Notes: generated by a model not told the origin, from the letters alone. A stretch of DNA of 64,000 bases from Chrysomallon squamiferum (GCA_012295275.1 CM022667.1:1922001-1986000), one strand, 5' to 3'. Positions 15,980-57,790 are shown, counted from the stretch's first letter. Numbers and translations are program-made.

Positions 15980-16912
15980 TAATCCCTCCTAAAACTTCCA
16001 CTTGATACTATTACTACTGCTACTACTACTACTACTACTATTACTACTATTAACAATTAACATAAGAACAACTGTTGCCATCTATTACTATAACAACTAC
16101 TATTACTACTAATACTGTTACCACATCTAACACTAATACTGATTACTACTAATAACAGCTAACACCAGAGAAACTGCTGCTGCTATTACTACAACAACAA
16201 CTACTACTACAGCTACTACTACTACTACTACAACAACTATTATTATTATTATTTATTGATATATACATTTTATATTATTATGCATTGTATATTATTTTTT
16301 GTTTATCATCATCATTATGACCATCATCATTATGACCATCATCATCATTACCTTTATCATTTTATTATTATGATCATCTTCATCAACGTGAATATTCATA
16401 TATATAGTTTGACAGCTCAAGCGAGTTTGGATCACAGAACATGAAAGGTTTGACTGATTCTTTAGTTTCTGTTTATTCCGCTCGAAATGTTGTATCTCGA
16501 CAACAAATCAAACTTCTTCACAGACCGGTCAATCCTACACGAGATTTAAAGGGAGAGTACCGAGTCAGATAAAAGGGAGATAATAATTAATAACTACGAA
16601 TCTTGTCTTCATTCACAAAAGCACCACTCAAATGCAGGAAAAATTGAAAAGAAAAAGTAATCAAAACAGAGCGTAAATAAGACAGAAACTTAAGACGCGA
16701 CGAAGGAAATATTAAATATTTTTTTCGTTTGAAATGTTACGCTAAATATAAAGCGTGCGGGTGATATAATTCATGTATGATTTTCCGCAAAAACCTGTAA
16801 AAATTTTTTTCTAAATTGTTTCTGTGAAGCTCTTTTTATTAATTCCATGCTTGTCGTGCCTAACAATGGCGTTTCATAAAAAGTGGCAAAGAACACAAAG
16901 TAATCTAACCCA

Positions 16913-16970
<58 letters not shown>

Positions 16971-17977
16971 TTTATTCCGTAGCGGCTTTGGTAAAGCCAT
17001 GACCCGATTAATCATTCAAGCATTTCAAAGGTGTTTTTTTATTCGTTTTTAGAAGCTTTTGTAGTGAACACACTACACACCAGCCTTTGTAGTGAACACG
17101 TTACACTCCGGCCTCTGACCTCTTCTCTCTCTCCCTCTCTCTCTGTTTTACTATTACTTTCAGCAAGGATTAGCTGAACAAAAAAAAACAAGATGAAATG
17201 CATGGGCATAATGATTGTAATAGATATATGTTTTCACTAGATGATTATTCATGTACGCCTTTTGTGTAAATAACCTCTGACCTGACCTGAAAATTCAAAC
17301 CGCTACAGGATCAAGGTTCAGAATCTGATATAATTCATTCATTAACCGTATCTGGTTATAACCGATCCCGGAATCCGAATTTAAAAAGAAATAAAGATAA
17401 AAATAAATATATAAAAATAATAATTATAATAATAACAATCTAAGCGTTTTAAGTTATATCTGTTGCTATTAACGATCAAAGTTGGTGATGTAGCACTGTT
17501 GTTATTGTCGTTGTTCTAATAATAATATTACTACTACTACTACTACTGCTACTACTACTACTATTATCGTTATCATTTTCGATGTTATTATTATTGTTAT
17601 TATGATGTTATCATAACTATTATTGTTATTATTATATTATCATATTAATTATTATTATCATCATCATAATCATCATCAAAAATCATCATTATCATCATCA
17701 TCATCATCATCATTACCCAGTTTACTGTTATTACTATTATTTATTTATTTTAAATAACATGAAGGTGCACTGAACGTAATTCACATCTCGCTAACAGTAA
17801 TTACTACCTCACCCGTTTTCAAATTGTCGTAGTAAACTAATAATTATTAGAAATCGTAAACAAAGCCTTAAAGGTGTTGTTAATTCGTTCCGTGCTTGTA
17901 AAATCTATTTATAACAACAACAGTAGTAATTTCGTTCCGTTTAACACGACACGCGAATAAGTCCATATTACTAGTAC

Positions 17978-18049
17978 GGTTCTATGGTGTAATGGTTAGC
18001 ACTTTGGACTCTGAATCCAGCGATCCGAGTTCAAGTCTCGGTAGAACCT
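17978..18049 (+). tRNA. tRNA-Gln (CTG)
   Basis: Same 72-nt sequence on the + strand, followed by T runs (Pol III terminator). Confidence 0.96.
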
Positions 18050-18340
18050 AACGGTCAATATTTTATTTTATTTTTTATTTTTATTTTTTAATAATTTAGT
18101 TTTTTAAAGACTAATTTTTCTTCTGTCGTTTGTGTAATATGAAATTATTAAAGAAACCGCCTAATTTGTTTTAACGCAATAATCTTAATAAATGATTTGG
18201 TTAGATTGATTTTATGTATTTAATATTTAAATCATTGTTGATATTATTTTTATTTTACTGTGAAATCATTGTTTATAATTGGATTTTTATTGTTGTTACT
18301 GCTGAATGCATCTCTGCTGGTTTTATTACTACTACTACTA

Positions 18341-18399
<59 letters not shown>

Positions 18400-18456
18400 G
18401 TTACTATTACTACTACTACTACTGTTATTACTGATATTATTAATTACTATTACTAT

Positions 18457-18493
<37 letters not shown>

Positions 18494-18850
18494 GTTACTA
18501 TTACTACTACCACTACTACTAGTGGTACAACTACCACCACAACACCGCTACTATTAATACTGTTACTATGATTATTAAGATGAATTGCTACAACTGTTAC
18601 TACTACTACTGCTGCTACTACTACCACCACCACCACCACCACCACCACTACTACTATTATTATAATTATTATTATTAATTGTTACTACTATTACTACAAC
18701 TTCCACTACTACTACAACTACTACAGCTATGGTTATTATTAATTGCTATTATTGCTGCTGCTACTACTACTACTACTACTACTATTACTATATTATTACT
18801 GTTCCTGCTGCTGCTACTGCTACTGCTACTACTACTACTACTACTACTAC

Positions 18851-18901
<51 letters not shown>

Positions 18902-19130
18902 CGTCGTTGTCATCGTTGTTGTCATAATCATGATTATTATAATTATCTTCATCGTTGTCAGTGTGGTTTTCCAAGTTAATCAAAATACAGATATTTTCTT
19001 TCTTAATCAGAAAATAAAGTTTGTAGAATAAAATAAAATTTGTTTCACCATGTACATGGAATTTCAACGTAGGACCAAAATAATATCTCACGTAGAAATG
19101 AGAATAGCATTATTGACATATTAACGTATC

Positions 19131-19202
19131 GGTTCTATGGTGTAATGGTTAGCACTTTGGACTCTGAATCCAGCGATCCGAGTTCAAGTCTCGGTAGAAC
19201 CT
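19131..19202 (+). tRNA. tRNA-Gln (CTG)
   Basis: Same 72-nt sequence, followed by T runs. Confidence 0.96.
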
Positions 19203-20079
19203 AATTTACTTTTTATTTTTTATTTTACTTTATAAAGAATACATTTTTCTTCTGTCATTTATATAATAAGTAATTATTAAAGAAACCGCCTGATTTATAA
19301 ATGAAATAATTTGCCCTAAAAATTATTGTAACCTGCAGAAATAAGAACAACAACCACAAAACAATATACAGCAGCATCAGTGGTAGCAACAGCAGCAGCA
19401 GCAATGATTCTACTATTAATGATACTTAGTAAAATAAGTAAATAAATAAATAAACCAGTGCGTTATTTAATAAAGTAAGAAAAATATAAATTTCACTGTA
19501 TTTTATTCGATATAAATATCTGATAATTAAACTCTGTTACGAGACCCATTACACTGGCGTTGTCGTTTTTTCTGAACTAGACTTGATTCCAGGCTAATCT
19601 GTTTCTGAACAATTCAATGATTCTTGTCTGCATTTTACATCTCGTCACAGTTTCATGTCTCATTTGCTAGACACAAGTTAGTGCATAGTAATATCTCTAC
19701 AGACTCATGACGTCATGTTTTAAATCCCATTGTCTGAATGTCTTTTATTTAGGACTGATAAAAACACTGTTATAGCGAAGACTGTGAGCCGCTATCTTTC
19801 ACCGATAAATCGATATACTCCCCTATTTCGTTTAAACAAACACCGAGAATAATTATTCGTTTTAATTTAAACGATGATAAATGTTTACGGCTGTCTGAGT
19901 GCGTTAGACGAAACTTTCTGGGTTTAATAGCAGTGCAGTGTTAAACGAAAGGCTAGTACGATTAATTTAGTTCTAATTTTCTACAGATACTTGAACCCAA
20001 TTTCTGGTGCATAAAAAAAAAAGTTTCTATTTTTAATTAAGAGTGACCTAATTTCCCCCCGCTAACCGTAAAAATCGAC

Positions 20080-20151
20080 GGTTCCGTGGTGTAATGGTTA
20101 GCACTTTGGACTCTGAATCCAGCGATCCGAGTTCAAGTCTCGGTGGAACCT
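20080..20151 (+). tRNA. tRNA-Gln (CTG), acceptor-stem variant
   Basis: GGTTCCGTGG...CTCGGTGGAACCT; G7.U66 wobble pair. Confidence 0.94.
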
Positions 20152-20515
20152 GAATTTAATTATTATAATTTTATTAGAGGTATTAAAGTAATTTCTAAAA
20201 TTTTCTGTAATCAACTCGTATATAAAATAAAGCTAGCTGTTATAAAATATGCGGTTTTCTAGTAGTATTGGTGATAATTATAGCAGTAACAATAATGTTA
20301 TGAATAGTAATGAAAATATTATTAAGTAATATAATACTAGTTGTGGAAACAGTATTATTATTAACATTATTTTTCTACTGTATTATCACACTTAACAGCT
20401 GTATTTTGAACTTGATGAATTATTTTTCTAGTATATTCATAGTACGTTTGAAAATGCGATACGACTGATAGCTTAATGAAAGGATATGTTTAAAGAAATT
20501 ATAGGAAACCAGTGT

Positions 20516-20609
<94 letters not shown>

Positions 20610-20725
20610 CTTTCTTTCTCTCTCTCTCTCTCGTTCTCTCTCTCTCGTTCTCTCTTTCTCTCTCTCTCGCTCTCGCTCTCTCTCTCTCTCTCTCTCGTTC
20701 TCTCTTTCTCTCTCGCTCTCGTTTT

Positions 20726-20808
<83 letters not shown>

Positions 20809-21665
20809 GTATAAACGTTTGTATGTATACTTATGTACATATATAAACACATATTTCTGTCTGTACACATGTGCACACCCTCACACACATGCAGACGCAC
20901 ACGCACATATAAAACTATGGTTCTCAGTGTTCTGTCTAAAACAGTCATCAGACGCCGTCAAAGTAGCATTCACAACGTGATTCACATTTTAACATAATTT
21001 AATTTCCTGTACACACGTTTTAGTTACGACTTCTTTAAACCAGGCACCTGGGTTAACCGAGTATATCATTACACAACTGTACAAGCAACATACTGTAATT
21101 CGGCTAACGGCTTTTTAATCACATGTAATTAAATATAGCCCAATACGTAATACAGGTAGATAATACATAACAGCTTGCAAAACATCACGTACTAATATTG
21201 CTGAACTGTTTGAAAATTACTCCTTATCTTTTTAAACGTTTTCCTTACAGACAAAGTGAGTAGATTATTTTTAATCTGATTTCGGACAAGTGAAGCTTGA
21301 TTTATGTTATTAAGCATAACATGATTTTTTTTTTTTTTTTTTTAATCTACGCGTTTTGATATTATTCGTTATAGTTTGAAGCGTTTACTCTTAAGAGTAA
21401 TTATCTGTAATGGGCTATATATAAGACTCACACAGACAAACATGTAAGAAAGCATGCACGTACACATATATCCTATGGATCTTAATTCAAATAATGGGCA
21501 TTTTTTTGTTTGGTTACATAAGCATTACCTTTAAAATATTCGTAAAATTAATCATGGTAACTTTCGGTATCTTCTGTCACATATCTCTTCCACAGTTTTT
21601 ATTTTTTAATTTGTATTTGTTTTTATTATGTCTCCCTTTGTCTCTATCTCTCTCTGTCTATCTGC

Positions 21666-21778
<113 letters not shown>

Positions 21779-21967
21779 CTTCCTCTCTTCAATGCTGTGA
21801 AATATGTTCTCAAACTGATGCAACTTCTTTATCTATTCAAATGTATTTTACATATCTGATCTATTTAAATCAAAACATAGAACGTGTTATAATTATGACG
21901 TTAAAATATATTCTCAAAATGCTGATCAACTGATACAACTTCTTTATCTATTCAAATGTCTCTGTCT

Positions 21968-22280
21968 ATTTTTACATATATTATGTACGCGTGTGTAATT
22001 TACACATATTCTTTATCTATTTAAATCTCTTTGCATTTTTACATATATTATGTACGCGTGTGTAATTTACACATATTCTTTATCTATTTAAATCTCTTTG
22101 CATTTTTACATATATTATATACGCGTGTGTAATTTACACATATTCTTTATCTATTTAAATCTCTTTGCATTTTTACATATATTATGTACGCGTGTGTGTA
22201 ATTTACACATATTCTTTATCTATTTAAATCTCTCTCTGTGTATTTTTACATACATTATACACGCGCGTATAATTTACATA
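21968..22280. repeat. 67-bp tandem repeat
   Basis: acgcgtgtgtaatttacac recurs at 21987, 22054 and 22121. Confidence 0.9.
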
Positions 22281-24269
22281 TTCATGCGCTCGTTTGCGCC
22301 TGCATGTTCGACACATTAAAAAATAATGGTCAATTACGATCGTTCTGTACCAGCGTGGCTTCTTTTCAAACTTTGTTAACGACATAACGGCTATGCTAAT
22401 AACACAGTCCTCACGTGAAGAACACCTTAACGTCGCCCGTTCTGAACGTGCCCCGTCTGTACGGACCAATGGACGGGAGGGAGGACCATGTTACGTCATC
22501 TTTCAGACGTCTGCTCCTTTTGGTTAATGCGCGTCTGCTGTGGTTAAACTGAGCGTCCCGTGTTCTGGAGCATCCTGAGTGAAATAATTTTATAACCGAG
22601 ATGTCAGACGCAGGGATAAAACAAAGCAGCAGGGCTGTCGTGCTGGCGAGGTTTTGCAGGATCTGTTGGGAGAAACGGTATTGTTGAAATTAACATTAAA
22701 AAAGAAAAAAAGAAAAAAAAAAAACAAATTCTGTCTGTTGTAAAGGAAAAAAAAGACGGATTAGATCATGCAGAATACAATTTGCAGGTAGGATGTAGTG
22801 ATGATGATGATGATGTGATATTCATAATGATGATGATGGTGATGGTAATGATAAGTACTAATGATAAGGTGATGATGATTTATGGTGATAATGATGATGA
22901 CGATTGATGACGATGATAGCAATGTATGATGACTGGAATAATAGTGATAGTGATAATGATGATGGTGTGATGATAGGCATAATGGTGATAATGATAATGT
23001 CGATGATAGTAGAGAGATGATTCTAATATGTATGATGATGATGATGGTATATGATAGTCATTATTTTGATGACGATGATGAAGGTCTAGTGATAGCGATG
23101 GTGATAATGATAACGAAGATGATGATGGTTATCCTGATCTGGTGATTGTTTTATATTTAGAGTTATACTGATTTTGTTATTATAATGTGAAAACCTGCTA
23201 GGAAGATCACATTCTATGAGATACGGATAAGTCTAATAATACTTTAGCAATAATTATTTTGGAATTTATATAACAGCATGCTGTGTCAAAACAAATACAG
23301 GATCATAAACATGAACGAAAATATTTCCTGTTTTGAAAAGAAGAAACATCTGTATGTTTCTTGTATCTCTTAATATCATTAAACTAAAGTATAGAATATT
23401 ACTTAAAACGTAAAGCTGAATATTCAAATTCAAGAACGTTCAAATATATGTATACTATACTAACAGTTATGTTTGATTATGCACATATACATATACATAT
23501 ACACACACACGCAGACACACACACACACAGTCTTCTCAAATTCTTATCTCTTTTGTCTGTATATGTATATATACATACATACATACATGCATACATATAT
23601 GTATATATACATATATACATACATACATACATAGATACATATACATATATGTAAATATCATCAAGCTGTTACACTATCAGTTAATTTAATTCATGATTAA
23701 TCTGATGTCAATCTACATGAAGAAACAAATAAATGTTTGAATATTATAACTTACTAATTTCTCTGTACATGTTTCTCGTTTATTAACGTCACGATAAAAC
23801 CTCGATAATTCCATTAATATCTATTAACAGGCGAATACCTGTTATTAATATATACAGCATACATTCAGACAAGCATAGCCAACGGTTTAGTATATACATG
23901 CATAGACCATAGTCTATCATAAACCAGTTGTGGGGCACTGGATGGAACGGGATATAACTATAACAGACGGGTGCACGAATAAAAAGAAAAGAGCTCCGTT
24001 ACAAAACGTTTTCTATTGCATTTCAGTGATTTTAAAGAACTTCGCAATAAAAGTATTATTGCTTGTTTCTGATGTCATTGGATGCCTTTACACTAATGAT
24101 TTTTCGTTTACCTTTAATTTCTTTCATTTACGATTTTTCCAATGACTCGGCGACAGCATTGCCTTGTTTAGACGCCATTTGTAAATACACATGAAGAACA
24201 CAGAGTACATTTTAGTAAATCATAACCCACGACTGAGAATATACAAATAAATTAATGAATAAATGAAAA

Positions 24270-24359
<90 letters not shown>

Positions 24360-24627
24360 AATAATAATAATAAAGAAAAAGAAAGAAAAAACAAAAAAAA
24401 AGAAGAAAACAAGATCACATTTTGTTCAGCTATCTGAATTATGTGTTCAACAACATTAGGAAAATGTTACGTTAGTAAATATTGGGAATCCGATAAAAAA
24501 AGTAAGTTTTAAAAAGTAAAACTAAATGGACTGAAGGCTTTACTTGCAAAAAAAAAGAAAAAAAAAAGAAGGATTTGATAAAAACTAAATTTTGAAGAGT
24601 CAAAATAAATGGACTGAGCTTTTTATG

Positions 24628-24659
<32 letters not shown>

Positions 24660-24689
24660 ATAAACAAAGTAAAAAGATATCTTCATAAT

Positions 24690-24746
24690 AGGTCTGCATA
24701 TCAAACCAGCTGACGTCAGTGCTCTAACCACTGGACTACGATCGTC
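24690..24746 (-). mobile_element. tRNA-derived fragment (SINE head or tRNA relic)
   Basis: Reverse complement contains the A-box-like gtagtccagtggttagagcactg with only a degenerate B box. Confidence 0.3.
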
Positions 24747-25079
24747 TTGCTCTCTATCAAATTACACGACAGACAAAAGAGATAAGGATTGAGAAGATCG
24801 AGACAGAGAACCCTCTCAGGTCACGTGTATAATTACAAACCGATTTGAGTTATTCATTGGTCGTTATTGACAAAGTTTGTAGCTGTCAGTCATCTTCCAC
24901 GCCATCAATATAGCAATTTTCTAAGAGGTATTATGTGGATGATGAGTAACAAGTATAAAACTTCAGAAAAATCTCTTTGATTTTGATGCGATTATATCTG
25001 GCTTTCATTTACATATCTGTTGTCTAGCACCGCTGAATAATAAGCTGGAAGAAGAAAACGATAGCACGAAGGAATATAC

Positions 25080-25220
<141 letters not shown>

Positions 25221-25274
25221 CAAACTTCAAAAACTATGAATCCAGTTAAAAATCCACATATAGTTTCTGAAGTT

Positions 25275-25316
<42 letters not shown>

Positions 25317-25682
25317 TGATTGACAGGACCGTATTTTTCATAACGTTGACTAGGCTGAAATCTTTAATTATATTTTATTTTTATTTTTTTCCTGAGAAAC
25401 AGCTACGGTTAAATACTGAAGCAGAAGAGGGAACAAGAAATTAAGATCCATTATTACAACAATATCAGTAATAATGATGATGATGATGATGATCATAATA
25501 ATAATAATAATGATGATGATTATGATGATAATAATAATAATAACAATAATAATAAAATAATAATAATGATGATAATAATAATAATGATGATGATGATGAT
25601 GCTTATAATGATGATAATAATGATAATGATGATGACACTGTTCTGTTTCACAGCTCGGCATAATGATCAAGGTGACGTCAAC

Positions 25683-51376
<25,694 letters not shown>

Positions 51377-52586
51377 CGAGAGGTCGGAAGCCTGTGAGTG
51401 AATGAGGAGGAGAGCTTGTGATTGAGGAGAGTCTGTGATGAGGTGAATTTTGTGTGACAGAGGAGAGCGTGTGGTATGGTGTGGTATGGTGAGAGAGAGA
51501 ACAAAAAATTAAAAATATATCTCGTATTAGGAGAGTTCGTTCTCAGGTGATTCCGTGATTCGGTTGAGTTTGTGTTGAGGGGAGTTTCTGATGAGGCGAG
51601 TCTGTGCTGAGGAGAGTTTCTGATGAGGTGAGTCTGCGAGGAGAGCCCACCATTTGTGATGCTGGACGTCAACCATTTTTTTTCTTAATAAAGAACACTG
51701 ACCATTTGCAATCAGGGAAAGTTATTGTTTCTTGGGTCCACTATTTGTGAAAGAGGAAAGCGACGGTTTGTAATGAAGAGATCTGATATTTGTAATGATG
51801 AGAATTTATGAATTCTAATAAGGAGAGCCAATCAGTTGTGATGATGAATTACGTTTATGGAGAGTATAATGTTAAAAAATGTTCAGGAAAAAATGTTCGC
51901 GTTTTCTAATGAGCAGTGTTTGGTTGTTTTATAATAAGGAGAGTATTTATTTGTGATGAGGAGAGCTGATATGTAATGATTAGGAGAGCTAACGATTATG
52001 TAACACGAGGTAAATTGTTTATTGAAATCGATCACGTTCAGGATAACTGATAATTTGTGATGAAATCAATCAGTCAATCGCTGTCTATATGGGTACGACA
52101 GTTCAGTGTATTTTATCAAAAAGGGTAAATGATGTTTTAGGAACCAAAAATGATCATATTTAATGATTTTTTTTTTTTTTATGATGAGAAGATCATCATG
52201 TGATGATATTTAATGAAGAAAGAGTCATCGTAATGATGACTTGTCTATCACTTTCAGTCAGAAAAACGGATCATCTACGGTGATGACTAATCAGTCATAC
52301 GTGATCAGGAGAGCAGATGATACGTGATGATTACAGACTGGGTATGATCAGGGAGATTCGATCGCACTAAATCAGAAGATTGGATCACTGATTTGTGTGA
52401 AGAAGTGATTCAGTGCTTTGAAAGGAGGAATTTAACTGATGTGAAATCAGGAGTCAGTGATTTGAAATCGTGAGAATTAACGATTTGAAGAAATTTGGAG
52501 AGTTAGCGACGTGATGAAATAAGGAAAGACAGTGATTTGAAATCAGGAGAAATGATCATTTGTCATGTGTTTTTTTGTATGTCTTT

Positions 52587-52619
<33 letters not shown>

Positions 52620-53541
52620 TGCCTGCTTTTTGAAAACTCAAGTTTGTTATGCAAAACTTGTATGAACTAAAGTTGTGATTTGACACTGGAACAACAGAAC
52701 ATACTCTTTAACAACTCTTTCCCTATTGTTAAGTATATTTCCGTTTGCTGATGCTGTCAATGCATAAAGTAGATTTCTGATTAATGCTAAATCTTCACTG
52801 AATCTTTTTAAACAAATTTAAAAAAGGATAATGCGGATTTCTTTTATGATTGGTAATAAATGCAACGTTGATTTCCGAGTTTCGATAATTCATTCATAAC
52901 TACCAAAATGTAAAAAATTATTTTATTCATGCTAGGAAAACAAATTAGCTGATTTCATTTCTTACAGGTTAATGCAGCCATATTTCATTATTTTGTGTCT
53001 GGTAAAGCTTTGCTGACTGTACTAAAATATAAAATAGGTTCTCTTTATTATATTTGATCATTTAAAATGGATTAAAATAAGTTTGATATTCGTAGCATTC
53101 GCGTTAAATAATAAAAAAAAAATCATTTCCAAAAAGAAATCAAATACTTTTATATTTTATCTTTATGTCTTTTCACATCTTCTTCACCTGCTTTCCTTTA
53201 TTTCTTTCTTTCTTTGTTTCTTTTTTCTTTCCAAATATTCTTACGTTTATTAAAATGTCGATAAAAAAAAAACATGTATAAATTAAACAAATGAAATTGA
53301 TGTGCTGTGTTCTTTTTTTTTTTTTCTTCTTTTTTTTTTTTTTTCTATGACGTAGAGCACTGCTGTTTCATCAGATGGTTTATTTTTTTTATTAAAAAAT
53401 TTGACACGAGATAAACTCGAAAATCGAGCAAAGCAACAAGACACTCTCAAAACCAATAAGCTGTCGGATTAACGAACAAAAATCAGTAAAAGTCACAGCT
53501 CTTAGAAAATAATTAAAGACAAACAGGTATTGAATTAATAT

Positions 53542-53572
<31 letters not shown>

Positions 53573-53832
53573 GATGGAGAATTTAAAGGTTGCTTGTTGT
53601 GTACGAGTTGAAGTGGCTGGCTGAACAGAAGTGATGTACAAAACCCACGCTGTAGTTTAAACAAGACTGAATAATGACTATAACACTAGCAAATTGCACG
53701 ATTCGGAATTACTGATATTTCACTCAAATTGTCTGTCTCTCTGTCTCTCTGGTCCGTCCGTCCATCCGTCTATTTATTTATCTATATATCTATCTTTGTA
53801 TCTATCTATCCATGTGTGTGTATGAGTATATA

Positions 53833-53868
<36 letters not shown>

Positions 53869-53870
<2 letters not shown>

Positions 53871-54204
53871 CTGGACCAATTATCCGCACTCCTTGGGGCC
53901 TGAGGCATTCTGAATATCTGGATTTTCCGGTTTTCTGGTACCAAGGCATCTAAATAAGTAAATAATTAGCAGTAAACATTTTAAAATTAAAAACATAAAG
54001 GAAATTGACGATACACAACTGTGGCGACTCGACACGTAAACAATGCGGCGAGTGAATGAACGCCACGCGGCTTGAAAGAGTAGTTCCGGCCTGGTGAGGG
54101 CAAGACCCGCGCGTGCGAACTATGAAAATAGCGTCGGGAAAAAACTTGCGGTTTTCTTGTCTTTCCGGATTTCCGGACGCCGGATAATTGCTCCGGTACC
54201 TGTA
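53869..54204. mobile_element. MITE with imperfect terminal inverted repeats (pogo/Tigger-like)
   Basis: Left end tactggaccaattatccgcac vs reverse complement of right end taccggagcaattatccggcg; it sits inside a (TCTA/TCTG)n tract with TA at the ends. The family resemblance is from memory of Tigger4-like termini. Confidence 0.6.
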
Positions 54205-55232
54205 TCTATCTCTGGGTCTGTCTATGTATCTATCTGTCTGTCTATCTCTCTATAGCTATATGTCTGCTTATTTATCTGTCTGTCTGTAAAATTTCCATTT
54301 TATATAATCTCCGGTCTTTAACACTAAAACGTTTCCGCAGCAACAATAACAGAACAAACTAGCACCTTCACCTAATTCAGAGTTTGACAAGACGCACGTC
54401 TATTTATATTTGTTTGTGTGTATATTTATTTGTGTGTATTGGTGTGTGCGTACCCGTGCGTGTGCATGCGTCTGTGTGTGTTTGGTGTGTATGTTTGTAT
54501 CTAATTCAGAACATTCAAACAGTTCTTATTTCGATAACACAAACAACAAAACATCACACAGCTTTACCAGCAGTTTTTAATTAAAAGAAAATTGCTTTGT
54601 CTTTTCCCAGCTGCATGCACCCGCTTTCGTTCGGCAGTTTGTCGATTGCTAGAATCCAGCATTAGTACAGAGAAACAGCCGTTAATTATAAAATCAAGAA
54701 CAGAGGCCCTGATTGTCACAGAAAGCAGGATTTCACAATTACATACGGTTTTGAATTTCTTAATGAAGAAAATTAAGTTGGTCAGCTGAGACGAAAAAAA
54801 AAAAAAAAAAAAAAAAAATGAAATAGGGTTTCTTCTCTCTGTGTAAAGTAATGATGATGTATGAATGAACATCCGTATATACTCATGCACAGAAACACAC
54901 ACACACACATACACACATACATACATGCATATAGATATATAGGTAGATAGATACTGACATCCATCCATCCACACATACATATAAAAAGAACATCTGGACC
55001 CCGCCATGTTGCTGAGGTGATGATGTCATCAGATACCGTGCAGACAGATTCGCCCTTAGTTTATTCTATTTTCAGACACATCACCGCTATCTACGATATT
55101 ACGTCAGTAGTCTTCTTGTTAAATGTTTATATGATGGCGTTCAAATGTTTTGTGACATAATTTGACTGTCATATTTTAATACTAACAATGACATATTACT
55201 AAAAAACAAAACATAATTATCTTGAATAGTGT

Positions 55233-55344
<112 letters not shown>

Positions 55345-55798
55345 TTTATTTTTTAAATGGCGACATACTTTATATTTATCAAATTACGTCATACTTTATT
55401 ATTAGGAAAGAGTATTTTTTAAGGAAAAAAAAAAAAAAAAAAAAAAAAACACCCTAGACAGGAGGAATATAAAAAGTTCAGTTTGGCTGTTTGTTTCGGG
55501 AACTACAATTCATCAAGCTCTGTATCAACATATTATCCACTGAAATATGTTTGGTTTTTTTGTTTTGTTTTTATATTCTTTTTTTACTCACGTATGTCTT
55601 TCTATGCTGCCGACATCACAACAGTGATTAATCGTACGTACTGCAATGGAGAAGTTCTTAACGTGGCTTCTTCTTGCAAAGATGCATTAACTGGTAAAAC
55701 AACATTAACAAGCCACTCAGATTAGCTGAAGATTAGATGGTTACTCTTACAATATCCTGCGAGTGTTAGAATCCCGAATACCAGCGAGCTCTATCAAT

Positions 55799-55890
<92 letters not shown>

Positions 55891-56751
55891 TTTGTCAAAG
55901 CACATATAGTTCCATCGCAAAAAACTATATTCTTGATCACTGCCCGAAAATACCGAAATTTCGTCGTTTTATCCACAGCAACAGAAGATATAATTATACA
56001 CATATGATACATACGTACATCTTACATGCATATATACATACATACATTTGATAGTAGAGTGTCCTGAAAGCAGTATGATACTCACACACACACACACACA
56101 CAGACAGACATACAAACACAGACACCTACGCACATATACACTTTAATTAACAAATTAATCAATCCATTTCCCCCATCAGAGATCAGTTACATAGCACAAC
56201 GTCATCTGGAAGAGATAAAAAAAAAAAAAAAAAATAAATAAATAAATAAATAAAATGACCGAAAGAAGCCAGGGAAAAAAAAAAAAAAAAAAAGTCTTCA
56301 CTAGTCTTGGTGTTAGTTAGCACCAGTGATTTTTGCGAAAGCTTACAGACATGCAGATATTGACCGCCAACTCGGAAGCAGTCTGATTCTCTGCATTTGC
56401 TCGCATTATAGGGCGTGTCCTCGCAATCTCGCCTGCTGTTATAGCTTTTAGATTTATCTGGTGTATTGTACGACAACAGATAACATCTAGAAAACAAATC
56501 TTAAAAAAAAAAAAAAAAAAAAAATGCGACTCCCAGTCCTTCGAAGGTAAGATATTCGTTTTTGTATACGGTGTTGATTTGTTTAGTGTGTCTGTATATA
56601 ATTATATGTAAGCGTTTGTGTGTGTTTATTGAATGGTTTGTGTTTACATCGATTGTGTACATAGACGCAGGTAAGTATTTATTTATTACTTATCAGTGAA
56701 TTAATTTATTTATTTATTTATGTATTTATTATTATTATTATTATCATTATT

Positions 56752-56804
<53 letters not shown>

Positions 56805-57154
56805 TATCATTATTATTTTCAATTTTATATATATATATTTAAATATTTAAATGATTGATTTTGTATATATAATTCTCTTCAAAAAGAAGGTGGAGAATCT
56901 GAAATATTAATTTTCATATCAACTGTTAGATCGAACAGACGTTTTGTATATTCACACACCGAAATACATAATTTGCACGTGCATCGTGCAGTTGCACTGT
57001 AAATGTGCATGTGGTGTCATTCCCGATTTCGACAGTTCCCAGGAAGGTCGATTAACTAGAGTGGAACATCATTTCCGTCAATATTTTTCTTTCTGTAGAT
57101 GATACAGATTTTACACTTGTGTTTTTAATCATTTTGATCTTGTTTGAATTTGCG

Positions 57155-57790
57155 ATGCCACATAAAAGCTGATGGCGTTCTGCAAACGAGCAGAAGCCAG
57201 CTGAAGTGGCCAACACCTTCAATATTTTCAAGTCAGTGATTATCAGATTATAGAACGGGTATCAACAACAAATCCAAAATGTTGACGACTGACCCCGTTC
57301 AGGTGATACCAGACCAACGTCAGATTACAGGATTGATTCACACGTAACCAGCCTCTATGAAATCACAGCTCAAACGGCAAATTAAACTGTTGTAAAAAAA
57401 ACATAATAAGCCTGCTGGTGTCCGTGTTACTGCTCAGACGGTTACAAAAAAAAAAACGTCGTCATGCAGCCCATCTTCATACTGGATGCCTCTGTCTTGA
57501 CAAACGGTATCATTATCCAGACGCGAATGATGAAAGGTGCAATAAGAACTGGGACATTTGTTGCTAATCTCGCGTCAAGTTTTCAAATTGAGATCTTGTT
57601 GATTTTGGGGCTTCCTTGACAAGCATGGTCAGGTTTATGCAACGACGAAATTAACGCCATGCCAACGTCACAGTGTGATTTCATGACACACGTGGCTATG
57701 GTTTTGGGTTGGCACAGCACTCACAGAAAGACCCTCCAGAAAGGATCACTGGGCAGTATTTCCGGGACAACATACTGACACCTGTATGCT
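57155..57790 (+). mobile_element. Decayed Tc1-family DNA transposon (transposase pseudogene, N-terminal portion)
   Basis: Frameshifted fragments in Tc1 order: EVANTFNIFKSVIIRL*NGYQQ (paired-like HTH), VDD*PRSG (GRPR-like), VTAQTV, MV/WVG (MVWGG-like), TGQYFRDNILTP. Confidence 0.75.
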
